In this document: positions 59,174-64,000 of the stretch, piece by piece
Layout: each line of letters starts with the position of its first letter
Position numbering within the stretch: position 1 is the first letter of the stretch
Assembly (NCBI GenBank): GCA_964016885.1
Contig: OZ024740.1
Span: 366,172,001-366,236,000, forward strand
Source: Eledone cirrhosa
Taxonomy: Eukaryota
DNA: 64,000 nucleotides
Reading direction: 5' to 3'
Translations under genes and position numbers: made by a program
Notes under the pieces: model-generated
Databases searched by the model: none
What the model saw: the letters and a program-made list of their open reading frames with translations, nothing else
Told to the model about the DNA's origin: nothing

Positions 59174-59373
59174 TAATACAGATTAGTTTTATAAATAAAT
59201 ATTGACATACCCTGAAAAAAAGACAACCTTAACGGTTGGAGCTTCCTGGTTAGTGGAGATAGTACATTTATTGATGGTGATATAAAGTTATCCACTGTTC
59301 GGTTGAGTGCTTTATATCAGTTATAAAAAAAAATTTTAAGCTTGTTGAATCCCAACAAATTAAATATAACCTC

Positions 59374-59437
<64 letters not shown>

Positions 59438-59668
59438 TTAGAAACACACAGATACATGCGGACACACACATATATATGAATGCATCCGCACCCAACCGTG
59501 AGATAAGGGTGCCAACTTCACCGATGTTGCTCAATGAATGACTGGGACAGACCAATCCGGTTGAACTAGACTGAACCAGTATCAGAGTTAAAAATACATT
59601 ATGAAGAGAGAAGAAACATTTAGATATAATTAGTAATAAAATGTATCATACCTAAACTGCTCCTAGAT

Positions 59669-59758
59669 TCATCGACTACGTAGTTTCGTGGCATAAACAA
59701 AAACAATACATCATAAAGATATAGAGTCCTTGCGAGGTCTGCCGACTTATCAAGAGGA
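59669..59758 (-). ncRNA. Type I hammerhead with U3-A8 core, copy 1
   Basis: As 60262-60351 with one stem I mismatch. Confidence 0.62.
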
Positions 59759-60261
59759 TACCTCATTTTACTAGTCTCAAGAACGCGTATACACGACGTG
59801 AGAAAGAATCCCAAAAGGCGGAGGGGGAGATAGTCACGCGATATAACGGTCGAGAAACAGAGCTAAGCCTCTTATAACCCCGAAGAAAATACCACGGAGG
59901 CGGAGGGGGTATTTATATCGAAGCCGTAGAAGAGGTGGTGAAGGAGGCGAGAAGTATGAGTAATGGAAGCTTTCCAGCAGTCCCCACACCTCAAAGATTG
60001 CTCGACCAGAGGGAGTTATTAACAATATATTTAGAAACACACAGATACATGCGGACACACACATATACATGAATGCATCCGCACCCAACCGTGAGTTAAG
60101 GGTGCCAACTTCACCGATGTTGCTCAATGAATGACTGGAACAGACCAATCCGGTTGAACTAGACTGAACCAGTATCAGAGTTAAAAATACATTATGAAGA
60201 GAGAAGAAACATTTAGATATAATTAGTAATAAAATGTATCATACCTAAACTGCTCTTAGAT

Positions 60262-60351
60262 TCCTCGACTACGTAGTTTCGTGGCATAAACAAAAACAAT
60301 ACATCATAAAGATATAGAGTCCCTGCGAGGTCTGCCGACTTATCAAGAGGA
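60262..60351 (-). ncRNA. Type I hammerhead with U3-A8 core, copy 2
   Basis: tcctc-TTGATAA-gt(c)ggca[loop]tgccac-GAAA-ctacgtag-TC-gagga. Confidence 0.72.
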
Positions 60352-60452
60352 TACCTCATTTTACTAGTCTCAAGAACGCGTCTACATGACGTGAGAAAGA
60401 ATCCCAAAAGGCGGAGGGGGAGATAGTCACGCGATATAATTAATACTATTAA

Positions 60453-60542
<90 letters not shown>

Positions 60543-60643
60543 TAAAAAAGACGAACATAGAGATACAACAATAATCTTATATTATTCATGTAAAGAAACG
60601 TTGGTTTCGAATTTATGTATACATCCTTTGTTTATTATATAAT

Positions 60644-60714
60644 CCTGTTATGCGCATTTCAAAGACACCAAAGTGATTACATCATAATCCTTTGATGTGT
60701 TGTCATCAGACAGG
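60644..60714 (-). ncRNA. Type I hammerhead ribozyme with extended stem II
   Basis: cctgt-CTGATGA-..acatcaaag-gatta-tgatg-taatc-a-ctttggtgt..-GAAA-tgcgca-TA-acagg. Confidence 0.8.
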
Positions 60715-61719
60715 TGTGAAGGTGTAATATTTTTTTTTAAATGATTCACTCGGGCGTTTTCTTTCAGCCCTATTTTCTTGAAATCTTTTTCTTCAAGCAG
60801 GTGCCTTGATATCACCCACCATGTGTTTAAAAATCGAGAAATGACTCACCGACGGACCTTCGATGTTTTCTAAACAACAGCGAATTACTCCTGATCATAT
60901 TAAGACTGCTATGAATTTAATCATTCACCCGTACAGTTAGTGGCACTCTTTCATGCAGTCGTTAATAAATCTCGAGTGACTAGCGACCCTGTGATGACTA
61001 TCGAATGCATACTACCTGTACTAAACCTGATATATAACTATATACTATATGTTTCAATGTTCATTAATCTGTCATCAGTTAGTTCCTAGCGAATACAAAG
61101 ATGAAAATGAAAAGCATCTTGACATCCTTTTTTAAACGTCGTTTACAAAATGGTGTCATAATTACCCCAGTAAATGTTACTACTTTATAATTTCTGATAA
61201 ATGCAATTCACCGCCTTAGAGATAAGTTTCAATCAATCATCATTGAATCATGAGTTTGATTCCCCGACAAAGGTGGCACGTTTGGGCCCATAAGCTAAAT
61301 ACTTTATTTTCACGCTGCTCCAGTTAACACAGCTGGCAAAAATGAGTTGTTCCTGTACACACTGTGTCACGTTGAATCTCATTGGGAACAATATTAAGTG
61401 TGCACGTGTCTGTGAAATAATTAGCCATTTGCATGTTAATATCACTAGCAGGCAGTTCCGTTGATTGAATGAAGTAGAGAGCACTCGTCGTTTGAAACGA
61501 CGGAGGTCTAACAATACTTCATTGAAGAAATTAGGAGAGTTTCTCAGCTTGATCAGTTTTTATAATTGTCATTACATGCACACATACGTATGTATGTTCT
61601 TTTGGTTTTATATTTTTTTCATTAATTTCTCAATAATAAAGAGGGATCCGGTTTGTAACACAGAGACAAGGCTCTTCAATTGGAATTTAGACAAAATCAA
61701 CAAGGCAATTATGTACGTC

Positions 61720-61802
<83 letters not shown>

Positions 61803-62071
61803 AAGTATGGATGTCATTGCATTCGTGGAGCTGTATGTTGTGAGGTATAACTGCACATATACACATTTCTATATCTATACGTGTGTATATACAGTTATTA
61901 CATGCTAAATTTCTGGAATGTATGTATGCATGCAAATTCCATTCCACATAGTTTCTGCCTACCAAATTTCACCTACAAGTCTTTGGAAACGCCAAAGTTA
62001 TGCTAAAAGCCACTTATCGAAGGTCCTGTGCAATTTTAAGTTTCATACATTTAAACACACACACACTCACA

Positions 62072-62146
<75 letters not shown>

Positions 62147-62149
62147 GTA

Positions 62150-62323
62150 TGAGGGTCGACTGAAAAGTTCATATGCTGACCAAATGAGATTTCTTTTTCA
62201 ACAGTCTCTGGAAAGAAATAATGTAGTTATTAATAAGAAAACATGAAATTAATGCATGCAAGATTCTACAGCTCTAGCATCACGCCTTCATAGTCAGCCT
62301 ATAAACTTTTCCGACAACCCTCA
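62150..62323. mobile_element. Tc1/mariner MITE
   Basis: ~31-bp imperfect TIRs tgagggtcgactgaaaagttcatatgctgac / gtcagcctataaacttttccgacaaccctca; TA on both sides. Confidence 0.85.
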
Positions 62324-62907
62324 TATATACCAACATACAGATACATTCTGGTTTTTTTTTGGGGGGGGGGGGGGGGGGGTAAATACAGTCTGTTTGCTTT
62401 TTACGCGAAGATGCGTTCGTGAACGCAGCGCGTAAAACAAATTCGCGTAATTCAAGTCTAAATTTTTGATAAAAAACTTTAAAAACCATACACATTATAG
62501 TGCGTTATTAGTGTTTTTGTATAACTAACAGTAGTGCAATTTGTTTTAGCTAAAACAAGAAAATGCCTGTCTGTTGGACCATTTGAATCTATGAAATAAG
62601 GATGGCAAAGAGCGCCACAACCAATTAACCCTTTACCAGTTCATGTACTACTTAGCATAGAATTCATTCGAATTTGCAGGCCAAATTACGCTAAATTATA
62701 ATTTTTGATGCTGAAACAGAGGAAATGAAGGAATTATCCCGATAATAGATTAATTTCCTGCATGTTAGCTAAAAATACCAGAGCTTTTGGAACAAGTTAC
62801 AACACAGATAACTTGTGATAGACACTCTAAAAATTAACTTAAACAATCTTTAAGCATATAGTATTGAGTGTCTTACGCATACATATTTGTACCCCACCTC
62901 TCTCTCA

Positions 62908-63186
<279 letters not shown>

Positions 63187-64000
63187 ACACATACACTTAT
63201 ATGTGTGTGTATTTATTTGTGTGTGTGTGTGTGGTTGTGCATGTCTGTATGTGCTTGTATTTCAATGGTCACAGTTAATTATTGCAGATGTTTTTGTGTC
63301 GAAATCTTACAATTTAAAATCAGATTTATGAAGTCGAATTGAAGTTTCAAACACTTCTACATATTCTAAACTCCTGATAAATAAGAGTATATACAAAATA
63401 GAAGCCCAGCATAAATACAGAAGTGACGGAACTAACTTTCCAACACAAAAGAGGAAACTACGTAAACAGGTGCGCTATATACAAACCCTATATCATTCTT
63501 AAGAACCAGAAGCCCAATTGCTGCTCCAGTTCCAAATGCATGGTAATTCAACCGCTCTAAAAGTGTATGGGTAATTGTTAGCAAGCGCATTTTGGACGTA
63601 ATGAACCTGAAATTGATTAACACCACGAGACTAAAACAATGGAGCTGCAGCGCCACCACTACTGCGTGGCTTCATGGTATCAAACCATCCTAGTAATTTA
63701 CTAAATTTTATATAGTGAACTTTATCCATCTATCTCCAAAATCCCTTCTGAAAGCCCTGGAGAACGAGAGAAAATTTACATGCTTAGAGCCAGAATATAC
63801 TTCCGCCCCAAACAACAACCAATGCCCTACAAAGTTCAAGCGACCTACACTGAAATACTAATTCTACAATTGGAAAGTTTTCTCACATATAAAACCCCCA
63901 AATAATCCGGCTGTTTGACAAGAGCTTTGTTACGAATACTCTCCAACGTCTAACACGGAGCCGTTGTCTCTATACCCTGTCTTATCTACCACCATTACAA

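Larger units (their letters stand above)
59431..60439 (-). mobile_element. Direct repeat (416 bp, period 593 bp), each copy with a hammerhead; PLE pLTR tandem or retrozyme-like
   Basis: 59431-59846 and 60024-60439 near-identical; (TA)n on both sides; no credible ORF. Confidence 0.8.

Noticed and set aside
61037-61084. CTGATGA...GAAA...TA on the - strand
   Set aside because: Stems II and III pair poorly; counted only as degenerate and not listed as a feature.

Overview
Eukaryotic, AT-rich, microsatellite-saturated DNA. I recognise no host protein-coding gene; the SINE families and repeat landscape resemble a cephalopod (Octopus-like) genome, which is an inference. Almost all coding potential belongs to retrotransposons. 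(1) 24.3-51.7 kb is a nested array built on (ATT)n/(AAT)n tracts. It holds three + strand Tx1-type LINEs (one full-length with intact ORF1 and ORF2) alternating with five - strand Dong/R4-type restriction-like-endonuclease LINEs of two families (one with a full-length 1216-aa ORF), and ends in a tRNA-derived SINE whose 3' tail resembles the Tx1 3' end. A fourth Tx1 (5.8-10.2 kb, -) carries a divergent ORF1 module. (2) 12-17.5 kb is a (TATG)n array with an RTE 3' fragment, four non-autonomous RTE-derived units and a non-coding LTR element (PBS, PPT, TATG TSD). (3) The (TA)n-rich zones (2-5, 21-23, 54-61 kb) hold Penelope-like element pieces and about ten type I hammerhead ribozyme motifs. These include a head-to-head ribozyme palindrome, a U3-A8 compensatory core variant in a tandem repeat, and a U4A variant in the inverted termini of a Hydra-like PLE. 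Also present: a non-autonomous Helitron, a Tc1/mariner MITE, a foldback with tRNA-like arms and a DNA transposase relic. Most short ORFs in the supplied track are microsatellite or antisense artefacts. All structures and alignments were done by eye.
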